A DNA stretch of 63,815 nt, filler included, from Chrysochromulina tobinii (GCA_001275005.1; 8 parts of 8 records of this genome joined end to end with filler, not necessarily neighbours in it); one strand, 5' to 3'. Counted from the first letter of the whole stretch, positions 51,656 through 63,815 are shown. Numbers and translations are program-made. The notes: generated by a model from the sequence alone, not told the origin.

Positions 51656-52000
51656 GCAGCAGCGGTGGAGGCGGCCGCCATGCAGGTGGAGGCGGCGCAG
51701 ATGGAGGAGAAGGGGCGCGTGGAACAGGCGGCAACGAAGCTGGCGCAGATGATGCGTGAGGCGGCGGAGGCGGCCGAGGCCGAGGCGGAGGCGCAGAAAG
51801 CGGGGGACGGGGAGGAGTACGATGACGAGGAGTATGAGGAAGAGGAGTACGATGACGAGGAGGAGGGCGAGGAGGAGTATGAGGACGATGAGGGCGAAGA
51901 GGGCGAGGAGGAGGACTACGACGAGGACTACGACGAGGGCGAGGAGGGCGAATACGACGACGAAGAGAATGATGGGGAAGAGGGCGACGAGGAGAAATGA
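51656..52000 (+). CDS. C-terminal acidic (E/D/Y/G) fragment of an unknown protein
   Basis: Open from contig start; coding-like codon use. Confidence 0.55.
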   Translation, partial: AAAVEAAAMQVEAAQMEEKGRVEQAATKLAQMMREAAEAAEAEAEAQKAGDGEEYDDEEYEEEEYDDEEEGEEEYEDDEGEEGEEEDYDEDYDEGEEGEYDDEENDGEEGDEEK

Positions 52001-52384
52001 TCAAGTGGCGATGGCTGCATGAGCATCAGCATGACAGGACGCATGTTGCGGCGATGCTGCAGCGTGCAGCGCTGCCAGGCATTATGGCGATGCTGTACAT
52101 GAGTATAACAATGCCCATGGACATACCTCATATTCATGTGCGAACTTGTGGGGCTTGGAATTAATGTTGAACTTTTGGCGCCGTATCGGGCAGACTGTCC
52201 CGAGGTCCTATGCCTATTGGCACTATTCGTTTTCACTCGGGGCGGAAGGGACACAACGGCCTAGCGCAGAAGCTACATGTAGTACTTGAAGTACGGCGCA
52301 TTCACAAACGCGTTGTGTTGAACAACTGGCAGTCGAGCGCGCGCCCTTCCCTCCTCGTGAATCCTCCTTCCGCTCCGCGATCAC

Positions 52385-53140
52385 ATGCGCGCAATTGTGG
52401 TGTGGTCGCTCTTCCTGAACTCAGCCTCGTCTGCACTATCATTTCACGTCGCGGGTTCACCATCCAGACATGTTGCTGCTCATCGCACAGCTTCTCGGCT
52501 TCGGATGGAGGAAACTGCGGCTGAAAAGCGAGAGCGGCTCAAGGCAAAGAAGAATGCCGCAGATGCTGAGCGTGTGAGGATTGAGGCGGCAGCCGCAGAA
52601 GATAAGGCGATGCGGAATGCTGCGCAAGTGGGAGCAAAGTTTACAACCTCTGTATACATGGATGTGTCTATCGACGGCGCTGAGGCACGCCGGATCACGA
52701 TGGGGTTGTACGGAGACGTTGTGCCAAAGACGGTCGAAAACTTTCGGGCACTGTGCACTGGCGAAAAGGGCAAGCCTCTGCATTTCGAGGGCACATCCTT
52801 TCACCGTATCATCCCGGGATTCATGGCTCAGGGCGGCGATTTGGAGGGTGGCGACGGCAAGGGTGGTATGAGCATTTATGGAAAAACGTTTCCAGACGAG
52901 AATTTTCAGTTCTCGCACATTGAGCCAGGGCTGCTCTCGATGGCCAACAGCGGGCCCGACACCAACGGCTCGCAATTTTTCATCACAACGGCACCGTCCG
53001 ACTTTTTGGACGGTAAGCACGTCGTCTTCGGCAAAGTCTCCTCGGGCATGGAGGTGCTCAAGGCGATGGAAGCATGCGGCACCAAGAAGACGGGGGCCGT
53101 CAGCAAGCCGGTCAAGATCACGGCGTGTGGTGAACTGTGA
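52385..53140 (+). CDS. Cyclophilin-type peptidyl-prolyl isomerase with N-terminal targeting peptide
   Basis: [58 protein letters not shown]. Confidence 0.97.
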   Translation: MRAIVVWSLFLNSASSALSFHVAGSPSRHVAAHRTASRLRMEETAAEKRERLKAKKNAADAERVRIEAAAAEDKAMRNAAQVGAKFTTSVYMDVSIDGAEARRITMGLYGDVVPKTVENFRALCTGEKGKPLHFEGTSFHRIIPGFMAQGGDLEGGDGKGGMSIYGKTFPDENFQFSHIEPGLLSMANSGPDTNGSQFFITTAPSDFLDGKHVVFGKVSSGMEVLKAMEACGTKKTGAVSKPVKITACGEL

Positions 53141-53383
53141 TGAAGAGAGAAAGAGAGCGAGCAGTAAACTTGGTCGCGTGTTGACTTGAAATTGCGGTTC
53201 ATCGAAGCGCTATCAAAGCGCTTCACAGTGAATCACACACAAGCCTTGAGGACAAGCGGGCGCCCGGCCGAATTCGACTTGTCGACGTCGTCGAGTATCC
53301 GATCGCAGTATTTTACGTGACGTCCGATCCGCCCGGTCGTGAGCCCCTGAGCCGCGCGGGCGACAAGGGCATCCCGGATCCCG

Positions 53384-53418
53384 CTACCCGGTCCCTACCC
53401 GGTCCCTACCCGGTCCCT
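53384..53418. repeat. 12-nt tandem repeat CTACCCGGTCC(C) x3
   Basis: Directly visible. Confidence 0.8.
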
Positions 53419-53679
53419 CCTGCTTGAGCTAGACCAAGTCCACCTTTCAAACCTCATGTGCATCGATCTCTCCGGTCTTCGAGAACCTCCCGAAGATTTC
53501 GAGACTTAGCGGAGCAGCGGAGCAGGTCTCTCGGTTTATTTTCTCACAAGACCCCACGTGCCCTAACAATAAAATCCTCAGTCCGGTGAGCCCCGAGATA
53601 TGCACACCAAACCTCATGTTGATGGTCTTCACAGCAACGGTTTCTTCCACTCGTTTCGCACGAAACTTGCGGACTTTCG

Positions 53680-54102
53680 ATGTCTCTCGTGAGGTTGCTG
53701 ATCGTCGCCGCCGCGTGCCTGCCGCTTGCAAATTCATTCGGATGCGGTGGATTAAGGCGGACGCGCGGATTAAGGGTTCCACTTGCGCATCTGACTGCTA
53801 CAAACACGGTACAGATCAGATCATCGAGCTCTCTGGTGTCGATGAAAATCCCGATCGTTGACGACGTGTTGGACTACCTCACCAACAAGGGTGGCTACAC
53901 GGGCTTCACTGAGGGGCAGCTCAAGAGCGGCCAGCCACTCACGGAAGCTGACATGTCCATGGTCAACTTTGGCAAGCAGCGCGAGACGGACAACACGGTG
54001 ACGACCATCTTCGTTCTGTTATTGCTTGCGACTCCGTTTATTGTCGGCTCCGCCGGCTTCTCGCTTGGCGTGTTTGTTGTGCCCTCGTTTGTAAAATTTT
54101 GA
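53680..54102 (+). CDS. Small hypothetical protein: signal/transit peptide and C-terminal TM helix
   Basis: MSLVRLLIVAAACLPLANSF.., basic S/T/R-rich segment, TIFVLLLLATPFIVG. Confidence 0.6.
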   Translation: MSLVRLLIVAAACLPLANSFGCGGLRRTRGLRVPLAHLTATNTVQIRSSSSLVSMKIPIVDDVLDYLTNKGGYTGFTEGQLKSGQPLTEADMSMVNFGKQRETDNTVTTIFVLLLLATPFIVGSAGFSLGVFVVPSFVKF

Positions 54103-54289
54103 TGCACGCGAGCAGTCGCAATATGAAAAATCCGCCTCGCCAAGGCTCCGGCACGCGTATCGTCACGCTTTACGTCATGTGAGCAGATCCGCGATCCGGC
54201 GCCGAAAACTCGAATCGAAGGTTCGAACGCTTAGGGCCCTGACTGTACCCCCCGATTCGCCTTTCGCGCGGACATTCAATGTACCTCTC

Positions 54290-56844
54290 TCAGACATCAG
54301 AGTCATGGTAGCCCTTCCAATCGACGGGCGCTGTCGGTGTCGACGGATCGATTGAGCGCTTCTTTATTTCTTTAAGCAGTAGTAGCGTGGGTGTGTCCTT
54401 TGGGCAGAAGTCGCGCGCGCCCTGAAGCTTTTGCTGCGCCGTCGGCCAATCGCCCTTGATGAAGGCGTCCATGCCCTCGTGGAATATTTTCGAAAACTGC
54501 TCGTAGGCTATATCGGCGCCGTAGATCCGGACGAGTCGTGGATTCATCTTGAGCCACAGGTTGGAACGGTCGTCGGCGTAGATGCGGTAGGGCTTCATGC
54601 CGTTCTTGAGCGTCACGTGGTCGATCAGGCGGATGCCCACCTTGATGTGTTCCGAAAGAAGGTCGTAGAACTGACCACTCATGAGGATGTTGGATGAGTA
54701 GATTTTAGTGGCCGCCTCAAGGCGGTCCGAGATCTTGACCTCGGCCGAGAGGTATGAGCAGTCTACCTTGACGGGCGAGCCGACGGGGCCCTCAACCGAC
54801 CAGCCAAAGTGGAGGCCAAAGCCGATCTTGGTCTGGTACTTGCCGCGTCCGAACTTTTTGTGGATCGCCTCAACATCGGTGACGAGCTGCAGTGTCCTTG
54901 ACGAGGCAATCTCGCGGACGCATCGGCGGAAGGCCGTAAGCGCACCATCGGCCACTTTCGCATGGTCGCTGACCGACCTGGGGCGCCAGACGATGAGGAA
55001 TGCGTCGCCGATGTTCTTATTGGGCTCGCCGCGGTTGTCATGGCAGCTCTGGTGTACTATTTCGCCAACGGAGTTGGTGAAGAGCATCACCTGGTCCTGC
55101 AAGCACTCAACGGTGTCGGTGAATTGGCGGATATCGCAAAAGCCGTACACGCAATCCATCTTCTTCCCACGAACCATCAGGTTAAGCGTTGCCTGGTCCG
55201 AGTTGGCCAGGTTGGCAGAGATGATCTCGTGGCCGGCGCTGCCAAAGCCCAGCTGCATCAGGCCTATGATCTTGGCAAGCGCAACGCGCACTGCTTCGGT
55301 CTCGTACTTGCACTTGGCTTGCCCCTCGAGCTTGTAGTTGGGGTTCTCCGCGAGTGTCCTGACGAGACCGACCATCCCCTCGATCGGTTGCACCACCATG
55401 AACGTCACATCGGCCGAGAGGGAAATGTACATGCCGAGAATGATAACCATGAGGAAGATGGTGATGGCAATGTTGAGCTGTGCGTACGCCATCTGCTGCT
55501 CTCGCACCTCCCAGTAAGCTTCGTGCACGCCCTTCTCAGTGTAGAAGTACTCGAGCTCGGAGCAGCGAAGCTCGTGAATCCATGGCGGGCATGCTGCAAA
55601 CGAGTCATCTGCGTCTGGGCTCAGGCAATCCGCGGCGTTGTAACTGTTGCCATCCCAGCCCTGGAAGGTCGATGCTGGCTGGTCGTCGATGTACACGAGC
55701 GCCTCTGACGAGATCACAGTTTTCATGAGGGTGGGATAGTTGCGAGCGTATGTCATGCTCTCGAGGTCGAGTTTGTGCTGGCCGCCAAAGAGATACTGAC
55801 CGCGCATTGCTGCGCCGTACAATTCGCCCTCCGATTTCGAGAAGTTCTCGCCCATGATCAAGACATCCAGGGTGAGCTCCCGAGCGCTGTTTTTCTCGTC
55901 GAAGCTGAGCAGGGGAAAGATGAGCTGCAGCGCCACCACAACAACGATCATGGACCGCACGAGCTTCTCGTTCAGCGCCTTGCCAATAGCGGACTGCTTC
56001 GCTGCCTTTTCATTAGCCACCCTCGACCGATGTTTGCACGAGTTGTGCAACGAGTTGAAGACGCGCAGCACGCGTAGCACGCGCAGCAGGCGCATCACTC
56101 GCGCAAGGCGCGAACCAGCCGTGAGGCCGTCGAGGTTGCTAAGGCCGATGGCAGCTGCGCACTTGTACTGGCCCTCTGGAAACATGATAGGACCTAGCAT
56201 CAAAATCATTGAGGCGTTTGCGGCCTGGACATACAAGCGACATACGTGTGAGCTAATAGGCTTGTAGTGACTCCTGGGTGCTGTGGATCGGCATTAGATT
56301 GGCGGAGAGAGCTCCGATGCGCGCTGCCAGGTCGCGCATTCGAGCACCGCACGCTTACGAGCTCCATCCACCAAAAGAAATTGAACAAGTAGTCTTTGCG
56401 CTGCACGACGGAGCGCGCAAACTGCTCGGCGACGAAGAATATCAGGAAGCAGAAGTTGACAATTGCGATTTGAGTGTCGACAGTCTTGGCAAGTGGCCAC
56501 CCGTGGGCAACGTCCTCAGCGAAGAGGGCCCAGAAAGTCCCAACGCAGACTACGCACAGGATGACGCCGTGGTCGAGAATGTTCACAGTGCTTCGCTTGA
56601 ACCCCTCCACGTAGAGCTCGAACTGGGTCTTGACGTGCATCTCCTCTACCGCATTGCCATTGTCGTCCTCAATCCGCGGCGCCCAGATGTCCTCGGGGCA
56701 TGCGATGAACGTCGGTTTGGCGACCTGTTCGTAAATGTTGGTGTCAAGGTCTTCGCTATTCTGCTTCTGGTACGCATCGGCTCGCGGTTCTATGCCCGAG
56801 CTGTCACGAAAGAGGAAGAGCGTGCTTGCTTTACGGCTCGCCAT
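54290..56844 (-). CDS. Class III adenylyl cyclase with N-terminal voltage-sensor/ion-channel domain (ciliate/Plasmodium AC-alpha type); intron 56225-56358
   Basis: S4 RLARVMRLLRVLRVLR; LGFGSAG; GFCDIRQFTD, NKNIGDAFL, GFGLHFGW.VEGPVGS, RLEAATK; C-terminal TPR-like helix; GTAAGC..TCCAG intron in frame. Confidence 0.92.
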
Positions 56845-57998
56845 CTTCGCCACCCCAGGGCCGAACAGAGCGCAGGAAGGCGCCGTGCGGCTGACCCCTG
56901 GTGCGTGCAGAACCGGTGCAAAATCGCTCGGCCGTGAGCGCTGTACACTGCAGCGCGGCAGCATCAGTGTGTGGTGGCCGTCCACTGGCGGCGACCGGGT
57001 AGTGCATGTGCGGGTGAGGCTCTGGTTGGCGGAGCCAGAAAACTTTCCGCTTTCGGCCATGTCTTGCGTGGTTGGTTTCTGAGCCGCGGGGCTGTTTCAT
57101 AGCGGCCAGTCGACCGCTGTCATCATCTCGTGGGGGGGGCTTTTTGAGGAATTTCTTGCGCGCTCTGTACCTGTTTGCTTGGCCGTGGGTCCGGTTCAAA
57201 TCTTCAAGAACACCGCGGTTCAAAAACACCGGGGGGAGCCGGGACACACACGAAAAAAACTGGTATACGAGGCTTCTTGGGTCCACGTTGTATCAGCGCC
57301 GCGGTCGTGGCCGCGGAGCAGGGCGGGCACGCATCAGGGACACGTCGTGCACGCGTGCTCCGGAGTCGCGGAGTGCTCCTGTGGAGCGTATGTGTGTACG
57401 TTGCGCCCCCTTGCGCCGGCCGACGTGCGACGATGCACGATCGCGCGCAGCCGCGTAGCCGCGCGGGCCCGCGCCGGGCGAAGGCGTATCTATAGGCGTT
57501 TACTCCGTCATTTACTCCCGCCGGGAGAGTACCGTGTATTGCGTATATAAATATCTAATTCATACCAGAAGAAGGAATTGAGAAACGATACCGCGAGGGG
57601 CTCGACGGCCGGGTTTGGGGGCACTGTTCGCGAATCATATAGTATATGTTACTTATTCGAGTTCATCACACATAATAATGCTCTGTGATCATGCATCATC
57701 ATCGGCCACACTCGAGAAAAACGGTGAGCTCAAACATGCGCAGGGCGGCGGCGCGCTGGAGGCCGTGGGCGTGGCTCACAAGCCGCGCCCAACAGACGCA
57801 ATAATCGCGGTAAGGGTAATGGTAGGGGCCTCTTCGAGTCTGATAGCAGCGGTGCGGCGACGACGAACCGTCACCGAGCCGCCAAGGACGCTCATAACGA
57901 GCGCACCGGTAGGCGAGAGGAGGCGAGAAGACGCTTGCGAGGAGGTGGCAGCTGCAACGGGGCCGACTCAGCGACGACCCTCCGCGGTGCATGCCTCG

Positions 57999-59144
57999 TC
58001 AGACGACCCGCACACCATTGGATGATGTCCGGATGAGGTCGTGCTGGCTGCCCGATTTGTTGAGCTTGGCCTTCTGCTTCGTGATCTCCTCGTACAGCTT
58101 CTCGCGGTACACCGCCGTTGACTTCTTGTCGTTGTCGTCGAAAGGCGTCTCCACCTTGGCGGGCGCCACGCGGTTGAGAGGATCGGCGTCGAAGGGATCG
58201 GAGTCGATGAAGCGCCGGCAGTACGGATGGCTCATGCCCTCGCGCGCGGTCAGCCGCTTGCCCGGATGCCACTGCATCAGCTTGTTGAGCAGGTCGATCG
58301 CCTCCGCCGACGCTTTCGGATAGATGACTGCCCATGAGCCCGGCAGCTTACTCGTGCTCTCGGGCTTGAGATTGTCGAGCATGGTCTGTGCAAAGGGAGA
58401 CTTCATCGCCTCGATCTCCTCGTCGCTCGGCCGGCCCATAACCTCGCAGATCAGCTCGAGCTGGTTGAGCGTGGACGATCCCTGGAAGATGGGCTTCCCT
58501 CCGAGAATCTCGCCAAAGATGCATCCGAGGCTCCACATGTCAACGGCCTTGCCGTAGCGCGTCGAGCCGAGCAGGACCTCGGGCGCCCGGTACCAGCGCG
58601 TGGCCACGTAGTCAGTCAGGATCGGATGCGACGTAGAGCCGTCCGTCACCTCGCCATGCAGCAGTGAGCGCGCAAGCCCAAAGTCAGCCACCTTCATGAG
58701 GCACTCGGAGTTGAGCAGCAGGTTGGACGGCTTCATGTCGCGGTGCACGAGCTCGGCCGAGTGCATGTACATGAGAGCCTTGCAGCTCTGGTAGAGCAGG
58801 TACTGCTTATGCACCTCCTCCAGGATGTTGGCACGGATCACCGCGTGCAGGTCCGTCTCCATGTACTCGAAGATGAGGTACAGGTCGCGGTCATTATCTG
58901 CACGGAGCACGTTCTGGAGCTGCACGATGTTCTCGTGCCGGTCCATCTGCTGTAGGAAGATGACCTCTCGGAAGGTACGTTGTGCGTCGGTCGCGTTCTG
59001 GAAGGCGTCAAAGATCTTCTTGAGCGCCACCTTGCCTGTCGTCTTTTTGTCGATGGCTTTCCACACGATGCCGTACGCACCCTTGCCGAGCTTCTGTTGG
59101 ATCTCGTACTTGCGTAGGATGTGTTTGTCGATCTCCTCAGTCAT
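57999..59144 (-). CDS. MAPK15: Atypical MAP kinase ERK7/8
   Basis: EEIDKHILRKYEI..KLGKGAYGIVWKA, KKIFDAFQNATDAQRTFRE, TDYVATRWYRAPE. Confidence 0.95.
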   Translation of the reverse strand: MTEEIDKHILRKYEIQQKLGKGAYGIVWKAIDKKTTGKVALKKIFDAFQNATDAQRTFREVIFLQQMDRHENIVQLQNVLRADNDRDLYLIFEYMETDLHAVIRANILEEVHKQYLLYQSCKALMYMHSAELVHRDMKPSNLLLNSECLMKVADFGLARSLLHGEVTDGSTSHPILTDYVATRWYRAPEVLLGSTRYGKAVDMWSLGCIFGEILGGKPIFQGSSTLNQLELICEVMGRPSDEEIEAMKSPFAQTMLDNLKPESTSKLPGSWAVIYPKASAEAIDLLNKLMQWHPGKRLTAREGMSHPYCRRFIDSDPFDADPLNRVAPAKVETPFDDNDKKSTAVYREKLYEEITKQKAKLNKSGSQHDLIRTSSNGVRVV

Positions 59145-59538
59145 ATCACCCGGCTGCTGCAACCGGCTAACGGGAGAGCAGGGAGAACGGCGTCGGCACG
59201 GGGGTGTTGCGGCGCGATGTTTTGGGAAAGAGAGGCGAATCTGCTGGGGGAGCTTGCTTTCCTTTCCCTCGTCCTTCACAGAATAGGGGGTTTCTCGTGA
59301 ACATCTTAGCGCCGACGGGGGTTTCTCGTAGTCGCAGTTTTTGTAAGTTACTGCTTTTATTTGAAGTCTTCGCCACCAGCCTTCCAGCGCCTTACAATCG
59401 TACGTGGTGTTCTACTCGCGCTCGTTATCTGCGACGCCGAGCTGCACTCCTGCACAACGTAGCCCTTGCTTGTTGCACTTGTGATCGTGGCGGCGCCTCG
59501 AGGATGCCCACGGCGACGCGCGCGCCTCAGGCCAGGCG

Positions 59539-60123
59539 ATGAAAACGCAAAGCCGATCGGCGATCCTCCTGCACGCGGCGGCGCTGGTGCACGCGGCGCT
59601 GGTGCCGACGGCCGTGCAGGCACGGCATGTATTCACCGCACGTGGCGCGTTTTCTCGCGCGCAAAGTGCGACGATGGCGGCCAAGCTCGACGATCTGACC
59701 GTGTACGAGCTCAAGGCCGTCTGCCGCGCCAAGGGCCTCAAGGTCAGCGGCAAGAAGGCCGAGTTGATTGCTCGCGTCGCGGCGGCGCCGCCGGGCGTCA
59801 CGGCTTCGAACGGCGTCAGCAGCAGCACCCAGTCTCGCAGCCGTGGACGTGGACGCGGCAGCAGCGGCAGCGGCAGCAGCGGCGAGATCAAGCGTGAGCC
59901 CGCAGCGCCTGCGCCGCCGCCCACAGCAGCCGCTGCGGCGGCCGCCACGCGGATGGCCACTTCGACGAACGCGATTGTCCAGCCCACTGCCTCGGCTGTG
60001 GCACCCGCACGGCCGATGCCGTCGTCGGCGCCATTCGCCGCACAGCTGGCGGCGAGCGTCGAGGCGGAGGTGGTGGGCCGGGTCGAGGCGGAGGAGCTCG
60101 AGGACGAGCAGCGGCGAGGGGCG
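59539..60123 (+). CDS. SAP-domain protein with signal peptide, 3'-partial
   Basis: LDDLTVYELKAVCRAKGLKVSGKKAELIARV. Confidence 0.82.
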
Positions 60124-60223
60124 NNNNNNNNNNNNNNNNNNNNNNNNNNNNNNNNNNNNNNNNNNNNTTAATTAATTAANNNNNNNNNNNNNNNNNNNNN
60201 NNNNNNNNNNNNNNNNNNNNNNN
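60124..60223. other. Artificial contig linker
   Basis: N44-TTAATTAATTAA-N44. Confidence 0.99.
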
Positions 60224-60225
60224 CT

Positions 60226-62479
60226 GTTGATCCGAAAACCTTTCAGCTCATTGATCGTCAAACCATCTTCACGAATCCAGCCTCCCTGAACGTGGACATC
60301 ACAGTGCTTGTCCTCCGAGAGGGTCGGCTCTCCATCAGCCTTATGGAGGACCCCTTGCAAAAGGCGTGGACGTTCATTCACGGTGGCAAGGACTCGGTGC
60401 GTCAATCACACAGCGTCAACTTGGCGTGCATTCTTACGCATGACTGGTGGAACTTGTGTACTTGTCGGCGCAACGGATTCTTGGTCGGGTATTGTCCTGA
60501 GGTGACCTGGGTTCTCCACGCCTTTGCTCTCACCGACCTTCTCTGCAAGCCGTGGACGACAACAAAGGCGTGCCAAAAACAACTAGGTCCCACTGCACCC
60601 ACGGCTCTATTGTTCGATCCAATTCGAACGCAAGTGCGACAACTGCAACAATCAGGTGTGCTTAAGCAGTACGTACAACCGAGACTGACAAACGCACATC
60701 GAGGAGGTCGGCCCGAAGATGATCTTGTGGACCGTATCAAACCGGTTAGCGAAGTTCTCGCTGGAGCTCCTTCTGCGATGAAATCAGCCGCGCACGAGGC
60801 TGGTGACCATCGAATTCCTAATCTCAACCCTTCTACCTTTGGCCAGAGACCCGCGTGTGGCACCAAGGGCGCAGCTGCCTCGGGTGCTAGCTCCTGTGCA
60901 GGGATGGGGCTGGGCTCAGGTTCAACTGCAGCAAAAGTGGGCGTGGCACCAGGGAACTTTGCTGCGGAGCCGAGCGGTGACGTGAAGATGGGTTCGAAAA
61001 AGTCTGTGACACCCGCCACCCCATCCGCCGCCCCATCCGCCACCAACGCCAGTTCGTCTGCAGCCAAAAAGGGTGGCGGATTTCCTTTTACTTCGGACTT
61101 GCTCAAGTCTGTTGGCACCAAGAACTACGAACTCAACATGTTTCCAAACCTCAACCCATCACATTCATCTTCCAAGTGTCCAGTAGGAGTCCTTCCGACT
61201 GCGGCAAGCGCGCCAACCGCCTCCTTGTACGGATACTCGGCACCCCATGCGGTGCCTCCCATAGCAGTTGAGGCAGCATCCAAATCAAGTGAGGATGAAG
61301 CTGCAGCAGATTGTGATGATGGTGACGGGATGGGATCCATGTTTGGTTCAAACGGTTCAGAAGACGTACAACCTGGTCAACCCGATGTCTTCAATGCTGA
61401 AGGAAGTGCCATGCAGCCAGGAGATGCCATGACAGAGACAGACACGGCAACCGCAGCTGAGGCCGTGTCGGCAGCCAAGGCGCAGTCGGAATTGACGGTG
61501 GCGGCGGCAGAAGCGAGTCTTGAGGCTCTGCTTAAGGCGGACCTCGCACTCGAGGCGGCTGCCAAGGCCGAGGCGGCTGCCAAGGCCGAGGCGGCTGCCA
61601 AGGACGAGGCGGCTGCCAAGGCCGAGGCGGCTGCCAAGGCCGAGGCGGCTGCCAAGGCCGAGGCGGCTGCCAGTGGTACACGAGAGCGTAAGTTGCCAAT
61701 GGAGCGAAAAGGTAGTCAACATGATCAGTTCCAGCAAGACATGTGGCTCGCGATGCACTTGTCGCAACAGACAACATCTGGCAACGATGGTGCAGGCTCT
61801 TCTCGATCGCATCTTGCATTCGATATTCGAGGCCACATCGACATCAGCAAAGCCAGCATCATGAACGTCCAAGTCATTTTCGGGGATCAAGTCTACAACC
61901 TCAACTTGCAGTGGGGACAACAATACGTCACCTTCATCAACGAACTCATCGCGAGGATGGCCACGAGTGCATGCCCTCTCTCGAGGCAGCACGCGGCCCT
62001 CCCCTACCATGACTTTCGGAACTCTGTTCGGTGGCAAGAATGTCAACACATACCGAGATCCAGGGACACCCTTTCGATGCACGAAGTTATACAACCCATC
62101 AGTGACGACGACAGAGACAAGTTTACGGAACATCGAGTTTTCATGGTCTTCATCGAGCAATTACAAGAGGCTGGTCCTGGAGTAACGAACCTCTTCGGGA
62201 GCAAGGACATTGTCACGACCATGCTCGAAAACATGAATCCTTGGTATGAGCCTCGGAATCTTGGAGTCCTCGTTGCTTTCTCGGCCACGTGCTGGGGCGC
62301 TCTCAAGGTGGTTCGACAAGTCGTTGGAGGCGCAACCACAGACGTGATACCACACTTGCCAAGTCCCTTCTTTTACAACGGAAGGCCATCAGTACTTGAA
62401 GCCCACCATCAATGGCATCCAAGCATGGATAGATGGTTACGTCCGTGGAGGCAGCTCAAGCTAGAATATGACAGCCTCG
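60226..62479 (+). CDS. Internal fragment of a large unknown protein with atypical codon use
   Basis: One frame open across the whole contig; 18-nt EAAAKA repeat; UIM-like QFQQDMWLAMHLSQQ. Confidence 0.6.
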
Positions 62480-62579
62480 NNNNNNNNNNNNNNNNNNNNN
62501 NNNNNNNNNNNNNNNNNNNNNNNTTAATTAATTAANNNNNNNNNNNNNNNNNNNNNNNNNNNNNNNNNNNNNNNNNNNN
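62480..62579. other. Artificial contig linker
   Basis: N44-TTAATTAATTAA-N44. Confidence 0.99.
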
Positions 62580-63815
62580 GACGCGCGCCTTGCCCTCGCT
62601 CGCCTTTCTCTACTGTTTTGGCTGCCGATGCCAAGTTGTCGTACCTGTGCAACGCCGTGATGGCGACTACGTGCTTCCATTGCTCTTGGTATGGGAAACC
62701 GAGGCGATGGTGCAGGAAAGCCTGAGGGGTGCCGGACACGTCACCGGGGAAGGCTGCCGTGCCCATAAGGGCGGCGACGGTCGGCTGCTTGGCGGAGACG
62801 TGCACGCCATGTGGGCGAGGCGCGCCGAATGGCACGAAAGCGATCGGCGTTGTGTAAGCTGCGCCGTCGTCATGTACGGGGATGTCGTGGGCGCCCGGGA
62901 CCACGATCTTGCCGTGGTCAATCTGGTGGTCGAAGCCGAACTCGTTCCGCATAACGCGCGTGGAGTAGAGCGTTGCGCCGCATCCAGGTAGGACTAAAAC
63001 GTTCGGGATCTCGTAGCACTCCCAAGAGTCGCCGACGCGAAGGTACGCTAGGGCGACGCCGACGGCCTCGACGGGAACAGCGCCGTTGGCCGTGTTGATG
63101 GTGAACTTCGGCGCATCGTTGGTGATGGTGTAGAGGTAATTCCGGAACTCCACAATCCAGTACGTGGCCATGGAATCGACGAAGCTGGTGGCCGCGATGG
63201 TGCCCTCCGGGGGTGGTGGAGGTGCAGGCCGAGGTGTACGAGTTGTACGTGCCAAGTCGGCGTACGCGTCGAGGTCCAGGTAGCACGCGAAACTCATTAG
63301 GCCAAGACCACGGAGGACGGCAACGTAGGCGTCCGCGGCCTTTTGTGGGTCCTTATGCGCAGCGGCAGCTTGGGCAGCGGCAGCGTGCGCGATGCTCGAC
63401 TGCTCCGGGGTGCTCGGCGGCGGTGGGCTGGACGGCCCGGGAACAGAGCTGGAGGCAGCCACAGCCGCATACGTGGGCGTGGGAGGCGATTGGGAACTCT
63501 GCCGCGCCGTGTCCTTGTCGATGATGGCACGCAGGGCCTCGGCGAGTTTAGCGCGCCGGGTCGATGTGCTGCGGCCGCAGAAATCAGAGAGATGATCGGC
63601 ACCGCAGTGGATGCAGCGCGCGGCGGGCAACTTGCAGACTGGGCGCGTGTGTTCGAGCTGGCCGCAGCGGAGGCAAGTCTTGACACCCGTGTACTTGTCC
63701 TTGCCCTTCTTGTCCTTGCCTGGGCCACCGCCGCCGCCGCCGCCGCCACCGCCGTGATGGCCACCTGATGCAGTGAAGGCGTTAACGGCTGGCGTGCGAG
63801 CGTTGACCTCAGCCC
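62580..63815 (-). mobile_element. Ty1/copia gag-pol fragment (two zinc knuckles, protease, pre-integrase region)
   Basis: CLRCGQLEHTRPVC and CIHCGADHLSDFC; FVDSMAT..INTANG...AVG...NVLVLP...LYS; LHHRLG. Confidence 0.85.

Noticed and set aside
13772..62579. Recurring TTAATTAATTAA palindrome in N runs, and gene neighbourhoods across them
   Set aside because: Artificial linkers; ORFs ending in XXX-LIN and cross-linker clusters are artefacts
1..63815. tRNA, rRNA or snRNA genes
   Set aside because: None recognised by eye; tRNAscan-SE and Infernal would be needed to exclude them

Overview
This is not one locus. It is 8 contigs (1-13771, 13872-18702, 18803-20678, 20779-42536, 42637-51555, 51656-60123, 60224-62479, 62580-63815) joined by artificial 100-nt linkers (N44-TTAATTAATTAA-N44), so adjacency across linkers means nothing. 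The DNA is from a compact, GC-rich eukaryote with few, short spliceosomal introns, one with a probable GC donor. Flagellar genes and signal-peptide, probably plastid-directed genes point to a flagellated alga with a secondary plastid, probably a haptophyte (inference). Recognisable genes: axonemal dynein light-chain-domain protein, DUSP-methyltransferase fusion, F-box protein, ankyrin-RING E3, PPR-RluA pseudouridine synthase, nucleoplasmin-thioredoxin-zinc-finger protein, NEET, TrmA, TM RING-H2, two head-to-head PqaA/AprA-family hydrolases, CSD-CCCH-DEDDy exonuclease, TBCD, NYN protein, TKL kinase, DUF1415, MATE, cyclophilin, voltage-sensor adenylyl cyclase, MAPK15, and two Ty1/copia fragments. 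Most interesting: (1) introns whose boundaries are near-copies of the flanking exons and whose interiors are tandem arrays, which suggests ongoing duplication-driven intron birth; (2) a PqaA/AprA paralog pair only 64 bp apart around a dyad-symmetric spacer; (3) several unusual domain fusions; (4) a contig that is an inverted dimer of two copia copies; (5) an HNH-like gene visible only after splicing. All family calls come from reading motifs by eye; no database search was run.
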